This document shows positions 9,505-18,087 of a stretch of DNA of 64,000 bases, in pieces. Source of the DNA: an uncultured archaeon (GTDB taxonomy: Archaea; Thermoproteota; Bathyarchaeia; Bathyarchaeales; Bathycorpusculaceae); assembly GCA_938023865.1 (NCBI GenBank), contig CALJDG010000019.1, forward strand, positions 852-64,851. The letters are read 5' to 3'. Position 1 is the stretch's first letter; every line of letters starts with the position of its first letter. The notes below the pieces were generated by a model. It worked only from the letters and a program-made list of their open reading frames with translations. It was not told where the DNA came from and did not search any database. A program made the translations under genes and the position numbers.

Positions 9505-9867
9505 ATGCGTAAAGAAATGTTAGAAGCTATTTTATGTCAAGCGAGAAGGCTGCATCCAAGGGAAACTATTTTCCTTCTTCGAGGAAAAATGCATGGAAGC
9601 ATCATCGAAATATCTGAGCTTGTTGTTCCGCCGCTCGTCACTTATGGGTATGGATTTGCAAATATTCCAACTTACTTGCTACCGATGGACTTTTCCATAG
9701 TTGGGACGGTGCATTCGCATCCTTCTGGAAACTTGTCACCTTCGCCAGCCGACCTAAATAATTTCTTGGGAAGAATACTGATGATTGTGGCGTATCCCTA
9801 TAAAAACAGTGAATATGCCGCAGTGTATAATTGCAAAGGTGAAAAATTAACATTTAAAATAGTATAA
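9505..9867 (+). CDS. JAMM/MPN+ family metalloprotease
   Basis: Glu in HPRETIFLL, then the JAMM motif HSHPSGNLSPSPADL (H-x-H-x7-S-x2-D). About 120 aa from ATG 9505; the ORF track extends it to GTG 9460. Confidence 0.8.
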   Translation: MRKEMLEAILCQARRLHPRETIFLLRGKMHGSIIEISELVVPPLVTYGYGFANIPTYLLPMDFSIVGTVHSHPSGNLSPSPADLNNFLGRILMIVAYPYKNSEYAAVYNCKGEKLTFKIV

Positions 9868-9908
9868 TGCACGATTGATTCTTTTTAAATACATGTTTCC
9901 GGCTAGAA

Positions 9909-12900
9909 ATGGATGGTGGGATAGTGGTAGTTCAGAATTTAGAAGAGCCAAGCATTGGCGAAGTTTTAGGCTGGGCTCTGCCGAGCGCTGAAGAAGTTTT
10001 AACTTTGCCAGTTGAGGAGCTTCTTTTGCGTTTGAAGTCTTCGATGGATGGGCTTTCTTCTGAGGAGGTGGAAAGGCGTCTTAAAGTTTTTGGCTATAAC
10101 GAGCTTGCAAGGAGAAAGAAGAGGGCAGCCATCATTGATTTTCTCCTTCATTTCAAGAGTCCATTAGTAATAATTCTTCTCGTCGCTGGGTTGATTTCTG
10201 GCTTTTTTGGAGAAGTTGCTAACGCAGCCATCATATTTGCTATAGTGACGTTCAGCGTAGTCTTGGACTTTTATCAAGAATCTAAGGCAGAAAGGGCAGC
10301 TGAAATGTTAAAGCAGAAGGTGGCGACAACAGCCACTGTTTTGAGGGATGGAGTTAAAAGGGAGGTTGGGCTTGCGGAGATCGTTCCTGGGGACATCATA
10401 TTCCTTTCAGCAGGCGACATTGTGCCTGCGGATGCCCGAGTTATAAGTGCAAAAGATTTATTCGTGAACCAATCTGTATTGACTGGTGAATCTTTTCCTG
10501 TTGAGAAGACTGGTTTGTCGCTGAAATCTTATGACCCGTCGATAACGGAGTGGAGCAACTATCTTTTTATGGGCACTTCTGTTGTGAGTGGGACAGCAAC
10601 TGCTGTTGTCGTGAAAACTGGTAGCCTAACAGAGTATGGGAAAATTGCTGGAAAGCTTGTAGAAAGAGAGGTTGAAACGGAGTTCCAAAGGGGTATTCGA
10701 AGTTTTGGTTACATGATAATGCAAGTAACTTTTCTGCTAGTCATATTCGTGTTCTTCATTAATGCCCTTTACATGCGAAGCGTGCTTGATTCACTTCTTT
10801 TCGCTGTGGCTTTGGCTGTGGGCTTAACGCCGGAACTTCTACCAATGATAATTTCAGTAAACCTGTCTAAAGGAGCAGTGTCGATGGCTAAGAAGGGCGT
10901 GATTGTGAAACGCTTAGCAGCAATACAAGATTTTGGGAGTATGGATGTTCTATGCACGGACAAAACTGGAACTTTGACGGAAAACCGAATAAAGCTTGTT
11001 TTACATGTGGACCTTAACGGCGATGAAAACGATAAGGTTCTGCTTTATTCCTACCTCAACAGCCACTACCAAACTGGAATTAAAAGCCCCTTAGACAAGG
11101 CTATACTAAGATTTAGAGAGGTAGATATTAAAGATTATAAGAAAATTGATGAAGTGCCTTTTGATTTTGTTCGTAGAAGGCTCTCAATAGTTGTTGAATA
11201 TCAGAATCAACGGTTCATGATCACGAAGGGGGCTCCAGAAGAGATTGTCAAGATTTGCTCCTTTTATGAGGTTGGAGAGGTTATAGCCGACATAACCGAT
11301 GAAGTGCGCAGAAAAATTGAGCAGAAATACGTTGAGCTTAGTGCTGAAGGCTATAGGGTTTTAGCCGTAGCCTACAAGCGTTTAAGAGAGGACAAGCCAA
11401 TCTATACGGCAAATGACGAGAACGAAATGGTGTTTTTAGGATTCGTAGCTTTTCTCGATCCTCCTAAAGAAACAGCGAGAGAAGCCCTGCAGCTTCTGAA
11501 AAATGCCGGCATAGAGCTGAAAATTCTCACAGGCGACAATGAACTGGTAACAAGGAAGGTTTGCGAGCACCTCGGCTTTGATATTAAAGGAATAGCCACT
11601 GGAAGCGAGATTGCCCAAATGCATGATGACGCCCTTACAAGAGTAGTTGAGGAGGCCAACATGTTCTGCAGGGTTACACCAGCCCAGAAAGACAGAATAA
11701 TGAACGCTTTAAAAAACAATGGGCATGTTGTTGGTTTTCTAGGGGATGGGATTAATGATGCGCCATCCTTAAAAAGCGCGGACGTTGGCATATCTGTGGA
11801 AAACGCTGTTGACGTTGCAAGGGAATCTGCTGACATAATTCTTTTGCAGAATGATTTGAGAGTGCTTCATGACGGTGTTTTAGAGGGTAGGAAAACCTTC
11901 GGCAACACTATGAAGTATATCATGATGGGTGTGAGCTCAAACTTTGGAAACATGTTCAGTGTTGCTGGCGCATCATTGTTTCTGCCCTTCCTGCCCATGC
12001 TACCCATACAGATACTGCTTAACAATCTGCTCTACGACTTTTCACAGTCGACAATACCCACAGACGAGGTTGACCAAGAATACATTGAAAAGCCTAAAAG
12101 GTGGGACATACATTTTATTAGACGGTTCATGGTGTGCCTTGGTCCCGTCAGCTCCATCTTCGACTTTATAACATTCTTTATAATGCTTTTCATCTTTAAC
12201 GCTTCTGAGCCTTTGTTCCAAACTGCGTGGTTCATCGAATCACTAATTTCACAGACTCTTGTAATCTTTGCCATTAGAACAAAAAGGTCGCCCTTCTGGA
12301 AAAGCAAGCCAAGCCGACTATTACTCCTGGGCAGCATAGCAATAATAATATTCGCATTGATAATTCCATACATTCCTTTGGGAGAAATTTTCAGATTCGT
12401 CAGGCCGCCGGCAACCTTCTTCATAGCCCTGGCCGCGGTTCTCGGCGCCTATGTAGCGCTGGCTGAAATCATCAAAAGCTGGTTTTACAGAAGGTATGGC
12501 TACCGCTTAGAACAAACTCTTATTCCACCTAAAAAGATTGGAATATACCTCACCAAGACTGCGAAGCTCATTCAAAATGTCATAGCCACCATATGTTTAC
12601 ACCCAGAAGATGAAATAACAGTTGACTCTCTCCTAAAAGACTTAGAAAAAATCATGGAATACCCACCTGATTACGATCAAATAGGCCACACAATTGTATA
12701 CCTAAAACGTGCAAGGCTCATAAGCTTCGAATGGCACCAAAGAAAAATTAAACGGGAAAAACCACTAAAAGAATACGTGACAAAACAGCTAATGGCCAGC
12801 GAGCTATGGCCAAAAATAGCCCAAGACTGGAATAAAATCAGCAGAACCATCAAAGAAAAATACGGAAAAGTAAACTCGGAATACCAAGAACTCCTACTTC

Positions 12901-12926
12901 GAAAAAGTCCCCAGAATAGTCCCTAA
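9909..12926 (+). CDS. mgtA: P-type ATPase, MgtA-like (Mg2+ importing type), with extra C-terminal domain
   Basis: DKTGTLT phosphorylation site, TGES, MITKGAPE and GDGINDAPSLK motifs. The last TM region ends ...KSWFYRRYGY, as in MgtA. It is followed by 140 extra residues. Confidence 0.85.
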   Translation: MDGGIVVVQNLEEPSIGEVLGWALPSAEEVLTLPVEELLLRLKSSMDGLSSEEVERRLKVFGYNELARRKKRAAIIDFLLHFKSPLVIILLVAGLISGFFGEVANAAIIFAIVTFSVVLDFYQESKAERAAEMLKQKVATTATVLRDGVKREVGLAEIVPGDIIFLSAGDIVPADARVISAKDLFVNQSVLTGESFPVEKTGLSLKSYDPSITEWSNYLFMGTSVVSGTATAVVVKTGSLTEYGKIAGKLVEREVETEFQRGIRSFGYMIMQVTFLLVIFVFFINALYMRSVLDSLLFAVALAVGLTPELLPMIISVNLSKGAVSMAKKGVIVKRLAAIQDFGSMDVLCTDKTGTLTENRIKLVLHVDLNGDENDKVLLYSYLNSHYQTGIKSPLDKAILRFREVDIKDYKKIDEVPFDFVRRRLSIVVEYQNQRFMITKGAPEEIVKICSFYEVGEVIADITDEVRRKIEQKYVELSAEGYRVLAVAYKRLREDKPIYTANDENEMVFLGFVAFLDPPKETAREALQLLKNAGIELKILTGDNELVTRKVCEHLGFDIKGIATGSEIAQMHDDALTRVVEEANMFCRVTPAQKDRIMNALKNNGHVVGFLGDGINDAPSLKSADVGISVENAVDVARESADIILLQNDLRVLHDGVLEGRKTFGNTMKYIMMGVSSNFGNMFSVAGASLFLPFLPMLPIQILLNNLLYDFSQSTIPTDEVDQEYIEKPKRWDIHFIRRFMVCLGPVSSIFDFITFFIMLFIFNASEPLFQTAWFIESLISQTLVIFAIRTKRSPFWKSKPSRLLLLGSIAIIIFALIIPYIPLGEIFRFVRPPATFFIALAAVLGAYVALAEIIKSWFYRRYGYRLEQTLIPPKKIGIYLTKTAKLIQNVIATICLHPEDEITVDSLLKDLEKIMEYPPDYDQIGHTIVYLKRARLISFEWHQRKIKREKPLKEYVTKQLMASELWPKIAQDWNKISRTIKEKYGKVNSEYQELLLRKSPQNSP

Positions 12927-12995
12927 AACGTGCAAACTCCATTCTTTTGGTCATCCTAACAGAAGGCTTCTCAATCTTTCATGTAGGCTAATGTT

Positions 12996-14105
12996 TTAGC
13001 TTGGTTTTATGGATGTTTTCAGTCCTGTTCCAGTAAGGATTATTACTGTTTTCTTTTTTCGTGGTTTTGCTTCTTTCCTTGGTTGTTTTTGGTAGGCTGC
13101 ATAGGCCACCGCTGAGCTTGGCTCCACATATATTCCTGTTCTGGCTAACCTTTTGAAGGCTTGGTGGATTTCCTCTTCCTCAACAGTTATGGCATCTCCG
13201 TTTACCTCTCTTAAACTTTTAACCATAAGCTCTAATAGTGGCGGGTTTGTGCTTACTAACGCGTCGGCGATGGAGTCTATCTTTTCTGGAGGATGGTAAG
13301 GCAAGCCTTTAAAGCGCTGGTATAAAGGCGAAACTTGCCTTGTCTGACAGGCCACAATTTTGGGCAAATCCTTAATTACACCCGCCTCTTTTAGATGCTT
13401 AAAACCGTTTATAACGCCTAGAAGCAGTGTTCCAGCCGAGACTGGAAGGTAAATCTTTTCCGGGACTTCCCACCCTAACTGTTCGGCTATTTCGTATGCC
13501 AAACTTCTTATCCCATCACGGAAAAGGGGATGCAAAATATGTCCGACATAAAACTTTCCCTCTTCTGTTTTTTGGGCTTCATCAGCCACACGGCTTCTAG
13601 AACCAGCCACCTTCTTAACCTCTGCACCATAAAACATTATTTGGTTGAACTTCGGTCCAGAAACTCCCTCCGGCACATATATTTTAGCTTTTATCCCGGC
13701 GCGGGCGGCGTAAGCAGCCATGGAAGCTCCAGCATTGCCAGAAGAATCCTCGGCAATGTAGCCTCCGCTAGCCTTTATTTGCTTGTGAATTGCTGATATT
13801 AGCACAGTTGAGCCTCTATCCTTAAAAGAGCCTGTTGGGTTTAGATTTTCAAGTTTGAAGTAAAGGTTTTCTGAAAACTTAACCAGTGGCGTCCAACCCT
13901 CTCCTAGCGTCACAATTTCCGAGGCTTTCACATATGGGAAGAATTTTACGTAACGCCAAGCTCCACGGATGTCTGTTTGGATACCTCCGATGTTAAAGGT
14001 TACGTTAAGCTTTACGTCCAGCGGGCTTCCGCATTTTTGGCACTTGTAATCTATTAGGCTCGGGGCTTCTCGCCTGCAAATGGTGCATTTTACTTGATAA
14101 CTCAT
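12996..14105 (-). CDS. thrC: threonine synthase-like PLP enzyme (fold type II) with N-terminal zinc ribbon
   Basis: N-terminal CTIC...CQKC ribbon. PLP-lysine motif NPTGSFKDRGS, then SSGNAGAS. Length is 369 aa. Confidence 0.7.
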   Translation of the reverse strand: MSYQVKCTICRREAPSLIDYKCQKCGSPLDVKLNVTFNIGGIQTDIRGAWRYVKFFPYVKASEIVTLGEGWTPLVKFSENLYFKLENLNPTGSFKDRGSTVLISAIHKQIKASGGYIAEDSSGNAGASMAAYAARAGIKAKIYVPEGVSGPKFNQIMFYGAEVKKVAGSRSRVADEAQKTEEGKFYVGHILHPLFRDGIRSLAYEIAEQLGWEVPEKIYLPVSAGTLLLGVINGFKHLKEAGVIKDLPKIVACQTRQVSPLYQRFKGLPYHPPEKIDSIADALVSTNPPLLELMVKSLREVNGDAITVEEEEIHQAFKRLARTGIYVEPSSAVAYAAYQKQPRKEAKPRKKKTVIILTGTGLKTSIKPS

Positions 14106-14141
14106 CGAAGGCAGCCCAACATATGATATGAAAAGAGAAGG

Positions 14142-15368
14142 TTATTTGTATGGTATGTAGTCTCTGCCCAATAGTTCTCTGGCTATGATTATTCTTTGAA
14201 TGTTCATAGCGCCCTCAGCCCCTATGTAATAGGACATTATGCCTCGCAATCCCATTTCTAGTGGGCAGTCTTTTGTGTAGCCCCAAGCCCCCATCCATAG
14301 GAGAACGTGCTCAAAAACTTTGAAGGCGAAGGGCGGAACCCTCAATTTAACAGCCGAAATGTACTTTGTAACCTCTAGCGGTGTGAAACGTCCCCGCTTA
14401 TACTTTTCATCGTTCATCCATGCTGTGCGGTAGACAAGAGACCTTAAAGCTTCAAGCTCAGCCCACATGTCTGCCAAGTCGAACTGGATGCCCTCATACT
14501 TTCCTATGGGGTTTCCGAAAGCTTTTCGCTCCTTAATATATTCCATTCCAAGCTCCAAGGCTCTTTGAGCAGCGCCCAAGCAAGTGGCGCCTATCAAAAG
14601 CCTTGCATTATCAAAGCCTTCCATCGTTAGGTAGAAGCCTCTACCTTCGTCGCCTATGCGGTAGGCGTCTGAAAGCCTAACATTGTCCATTACTATGCTT
14701 CCAGTTGAAATTGCCATCCGCCCCATCTCCTCAAAGCGTTTGCCAACCTCCACGCCGACCGCATTTATCGGCAGATAGAAGGCTGTCATGCCTCTATGGG
14801 TTGCTCCTGGAGGAGGCGGCGCCGTTCTAACGAGTGTGAAATGTCCACCGCCCAATTTTTTGGCTTCTTCTGTCCCACTTATGTAGGTTTTCTCTCCGTT
14901 CAAAATCCAATGTCCCCCCTCTTTTGTGCCTGTTGACTTTATAGCTGCAACATCTGAGCCTCCGCCAGCTTCTGTTGAGGCTATGCCTATGAAGGCTTCT
15001 CCTCTGATGGCTTTTATTATGGCTTCTTCTCGAACTTGTTCTGTGCAATACTTTTCGGTTACAAAGCCCCATGAAGCCTCAACCAAGAAAAGCACTGGCA
15101 CCGCAATGCTTATGTCGGCATAGCCCAACTCCTCAGCTGCAATACAAGCCGTAACCCAGTCTGCGCCGGCCCCACCGTGCTCCTCTGGCACCGTCATTAA
15201 GAGCAATCCTAAATCTGCCAAGCCCTTGATAATTTCCCTAGGTATTTCGCCTCTGCTGTCCATCTCTCTAACCTTTTCCAGCGTTAGCTCTTTCCGGCAC
15301 CATTCGCGGACTGCCCTGCGGAAAAGTTCTTGTTCCTCGGTGAAACTGAAATCCACCATAACGTCCAC
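14142..15368 (-). CDS. acyl-CoA dehydrogenase
   Basis: N-terminal FSFTEEQELFRRAVREW, a GSDVAAIKSTG segment and a C-terminal EGAMNIQRIIIAREL motif typical of ACADs. Length is 408 aa. Confidence 0.9.
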   Translation of the reverse strand: MDVMVDFSFTEEQELFRRAVREWCRKELTLEKVREMDSRGEIPREIIKGLADLGLLLMTVPEEHGGAGADWVTACIAAEELGYADISIAVPVLFLVEASWGFVTEKYCTEQVREEAIIKAIRGEAFIGIASTEAGGGSDVAAIKSTGTKEGGHWILNGEKTYISGTEEAKKLGGGHFTLVRTAPPPPGATHRGMTAFYLPINAVGVEVGKRFEEMGRMAISTGSIVMDNVRLSDAYRIGDEGRGFYLTMEGFDNARLLIGATCLGAAQRALELGMEYIKERKAFGNPIGKYEGIQFDLADMWAELEALRSLVYRTAWMNDEKYKRGRFTPLEVTKYISAVKLRVPPFAFKVFEHVLLWMGAWGYTKDCPLEMGLRGIMSYYIGAEGAMNIQRIIIARELLGRDYIPYK

Positions 15369-15443
15369 CTTTTAAGCCTAACCTAAATGCTGAGGGCATA
15401 TAAAACTTGTTTTAAGGGTTGGCAAACTTCCTATACATACTTT

Positions 15444-15971
15444 CTAAATAAGCTGTGAACCCTTTCTGAAAGCGTTTAAGTTTGTCTCTAAAGTTTTCTC
15501 GGAAAAGCTTTCCTTTATGCTTCTCTCCATGGATTCCACGCTTACAATCCTTGTTATCTTTATTAATGTTCCAAGAATAATCATGTTGGCGAAGAGGCTT
15601 TCTCCAAAGGCCTTTTTTGCCGTTTCAACGGCTGGCACGTTGTATGTTTTCGCTTCCACCTTTGGGATTTTTCCAATACTGCTGTCAACTATGAGTATTC
15701 CATTATCCCTTAAGAGAGGTAGATATCTGTCAAGGGACTCTCGATTCATAGCCACAAGCACGTCGCATTTTCTAACAGCTGGAAAGCCTATTCGACTGTC
15801 TGATATTATTACTTCGCTTTTGGCTAGACTCCCTCTGGCTTCCGCGCCGTAGCTTTGTGTTTGCACAACATTCTTTCCTTCAAGAGCCGCTGCCTTACCC
15901 AAAATTTGTCCGGCTAAAATAACACCCTGCCCACCGTGTCCGCCTATAACCATCTCAATTCTTTTAGGCAT
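15444..15971 (-). CDS. 2-oxoacid:ferredoxin oxidoreductase, gamma subunit (cluster 1)
   Basis: GGHGGQGVILAGQILGKAA...QTQSYGAEARG is the OFOR gamma signature. It overlaps the beta gene by 8 nt. Confidence 0.85.
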   Translation of the reverse strand: MPKRIEMVIGGHGGQGVILAGQILGKAAALEGKNVVQTQSYGAEARGSLAKSEVIISDSRIGFPAVRKCDVLVAMNRESLDRYLPLLRDNGILIVDSSIGKIPKVEAKTYNVPAVETAKKAFGESLFANMIILGTLIKITRIVSVESMERSIKESFSEKTLETNLNAFRKGSQLI

Positions 15972-16800
15972 TTTCCGTGCCTCCTTTCAAGATTGCGTAA
16001 ATGCCTTCTACAAGAGTCAGCCTTCTCCTTTGAATGAACTCACCGACAACAATTTTGCCTTCAAGCTCTTTATCGCTCATTCTTTCCGCCTCCGCTACCG
16101 TAACAGCGTTGTTCCTAAACCACTCCAGCATTTCCCTGATGTCTTTGAATCCGGCTCTTCTGCCATAGGCTGTTGGGCATTGGGTGACAACTTCTACAAA
16201 TCTAAAGCCATCCATTTGAAGCGCTTTTTTAAAGCACTCCTTAAGCTCTTTTTGATGGGCGGTTGTCCACTTTGCCGAGTAATTGGCTCCGGCAACAGCC
16301 GCAAGTTTAGCCGCATCCAACGGATGCTCAAAACTTCCATAAGGAGTTGTGGTTGTTCTTGTCTTTAAAGGCGTTGTCGGAGCCACTTGGCCACCGGTCA
16401 TTCCGTAAATCATGTTGTTGCCCATTATGACAATAATATCGGTGTTTCTCCTTGCAGCATGCACAAAATGTCCAATGCCAATACCAACAATGTCGCCGTC
16501 TCCACCGAAGACAACCACATGCAAGTCCGACCGCAGAAGCTTTATGCTTGTAGCAACCGGGATGCTTCTTCCATGCAGCGTGTGGATAGAATCCGCCAAA
16601 TAATATGGCGAAGGTATCCAAGAAGAGCAGCCAATCCCGCTGACAAAACAGAATTTTTTAAAATCGTCATAGCCAAGCTCGTGAACAGCCCTTATAAAAG
16701 TGTCGCTGAGGGTGTATAATCCACAGCCTGGACAGAAGGGGAAACGTAACCCCGGCCTTAAGTAATTGCTAGGCGAAAAAGCCTTTTCACTCATTCTCAC
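15964..16800 (-). CDS. 2-oxoacid:ferredoxin oxidoreductase, beta (TPP-binding) subunit (cluster 1)
   Basis: FCPGCG near the N-terminus. GGDGD...NNMIYGMTGGQ is the TPP-binding motif. Confidence 0.9.
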   Translation of the reverse strand: MRMSEKAFSPSNYLRPGLRFPFCPGCGLYTLSDTFIRAVHELGYDDFKKFCFVSGIGCSSWIPSPYYLADSIHTLHGRSIPVATSIKLLRSDLHVVVFGGDGDIVGIGIGHFVHAARRNTDIIVIMGNNMIYGMTGGQVAPTTPLKTRTTTTPYGSFEHPLDAAKLAAVAGANYSAKWTTAHQKELKECFKKALQMDGFRFVEVVTQCPTAYGRRAGFKDIREMLEWFRNNAVTVAEAERMSDKELEGKIVVGEFIQRRRLTLVEGIYAILKGGTENA

Positions 16801-17948
16801 CGCGCCTCCATCAAAATCTTTTCTAAAATTTCTTCTGGAGTGATGAGTTCGCCGCCGCCTATCTTGTTTAATGGGACAACTTCTGTGCAGCCAGCAGTTC
16901 TCTTAACTTCGTTAACTATTTGCCCTAGGTTCATTTCTGGCACAATTATTTTTTCAGCGTTTTCCGCAAGCTTTTGCACTGGTTTTTCTGGGAAGGGCCA
17001 TAGGGTTTTAAAGCGGACATAGCCAACTTTTACGCCTCTTTTCTCTGCTTCTTCAACAGCTTCGTAGATTGCCCTTGAGGTGATGCCGTAGGCCACTATG
17101 CCCACCTTGCAGTCTTCGATGTTGTAGCTTTCTACCTCCGCAATGTCGCCCACATTTTTCCTTATCTTGTTGTTGATCGCCTCTATTATCCGCCTATGCA
17201 CTATTGGGTCAGCGGTAAACCTAACCCCACGCTCATCGTGGGTTGAGCCGGTAACAGCCACATTAAACCCTTCGCCTACAGATGGCATGGGCGCAACACT
17301 TTCTAAGCCGAAGAAGACTTGCTCTCCAGCTTGGGGCTTTTTGCGGTTAATAATCTCTATGCTTTTTAATGGCGGTATAACCAAATGCTCTCTGAGGTGC
17401 ACGGTAGTCTCATCTGTTAATAAAGTGACTGGAGTGCGATATTTTTCTGCAAGGTTGAACGCCCTAATGGTAAGCTCAAAAACTTCTTGAACAGAATTGG
17501 GGCAAAGCGAAACAGCCATGTAATCGCCATGGGTTCCCCACCGCGCCTGCATAACATCGCCCTGAGCACACTTAGTCGCCTGTCCAGTGCCGGGACCAAC
17601 CCTTTGAACGTCAACGATGACGCATGGCGTTTCAGTCATGAAAGCCCAGCCTATGGTCTCCTGCATTAAGCTGAAACCTGGACCAGAAGTAGCCGTCATA
17701 GCCTTAACACCACACCAGCTTGCGCCGACAACAGCCCCTATTGAGGCTAACTCATCCTCCATTTGTAGGAATACGCCGCCAACCTTTGGAAGATGCACCG
17801 CCATATGCTCGGCAATTTCATTAGCTGGCGAAATGGGATAGCCAGCAAAAAATCTGCATCCAGCAGTTAGCGCAGCCTCAACACATGCCTCACTTCCCTG
17901 TAAAAAAGCCTTAGTTCCCTTTTCACATGCCATTTTAGCACCCGTCAA
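16797..17948 (-). CDS. 2-oxoacid:ferredoxin oxidoreductase, alpha subunit (cluster 1)
   Basis: FFAGYPISPANEIAEHM...MEDELASIGAVVGASWCGVKAMTATSGPGFSLMQE. It overlaps beta by 4 nt. No delta (ferredoxin) gene accompanies this copy. Confidence 0.9.
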   Translation of the reverse strand: MTGAKMACEKGTKAFLQGSEACVEAALTAGCRFFAGYPISPANEIAEHMAVHLPKVGGVFLQMEDELASIGAVVGASWCGVKAMTATSGPGFSLMQETIGWAFMTETPCVIVDVQRVGPGTGQATKCAQGDVMQARWGTHGDYMAVSLCPNSVQEVFELTIRAFNLAEKYRTPVTLLTDETTVHLREHLVIPPLKSIEIINRKKPQAGEQVFFGLESVAPMPSVGEGFNVAVTGSTHDERGVRFTADPIVHRRIIEAINNKIRKNVGDIAEVESYNIEDCKVGIVAYGITSRAIYEAVEEAEKRGVKVGYVRFKTLWPFPEKPVQKLAENAEKIIVPEMNLGQIVNEVKRTAGCTEVVPLNKIGGGELITPEEILEKILMEAR

Positions 17949-18087
17949 AATGTTTAATGCTCTTTGGCATTTAGGGGCTTTTAATAGGTATTAATAGTTT
18001 TGCGCGATTATTAACTTTTAGGACCTATGGGCAAAGGATAGCAAAACCTTTCAAGCAGACATATACACCAATTAGGTGGTGTAGGCT

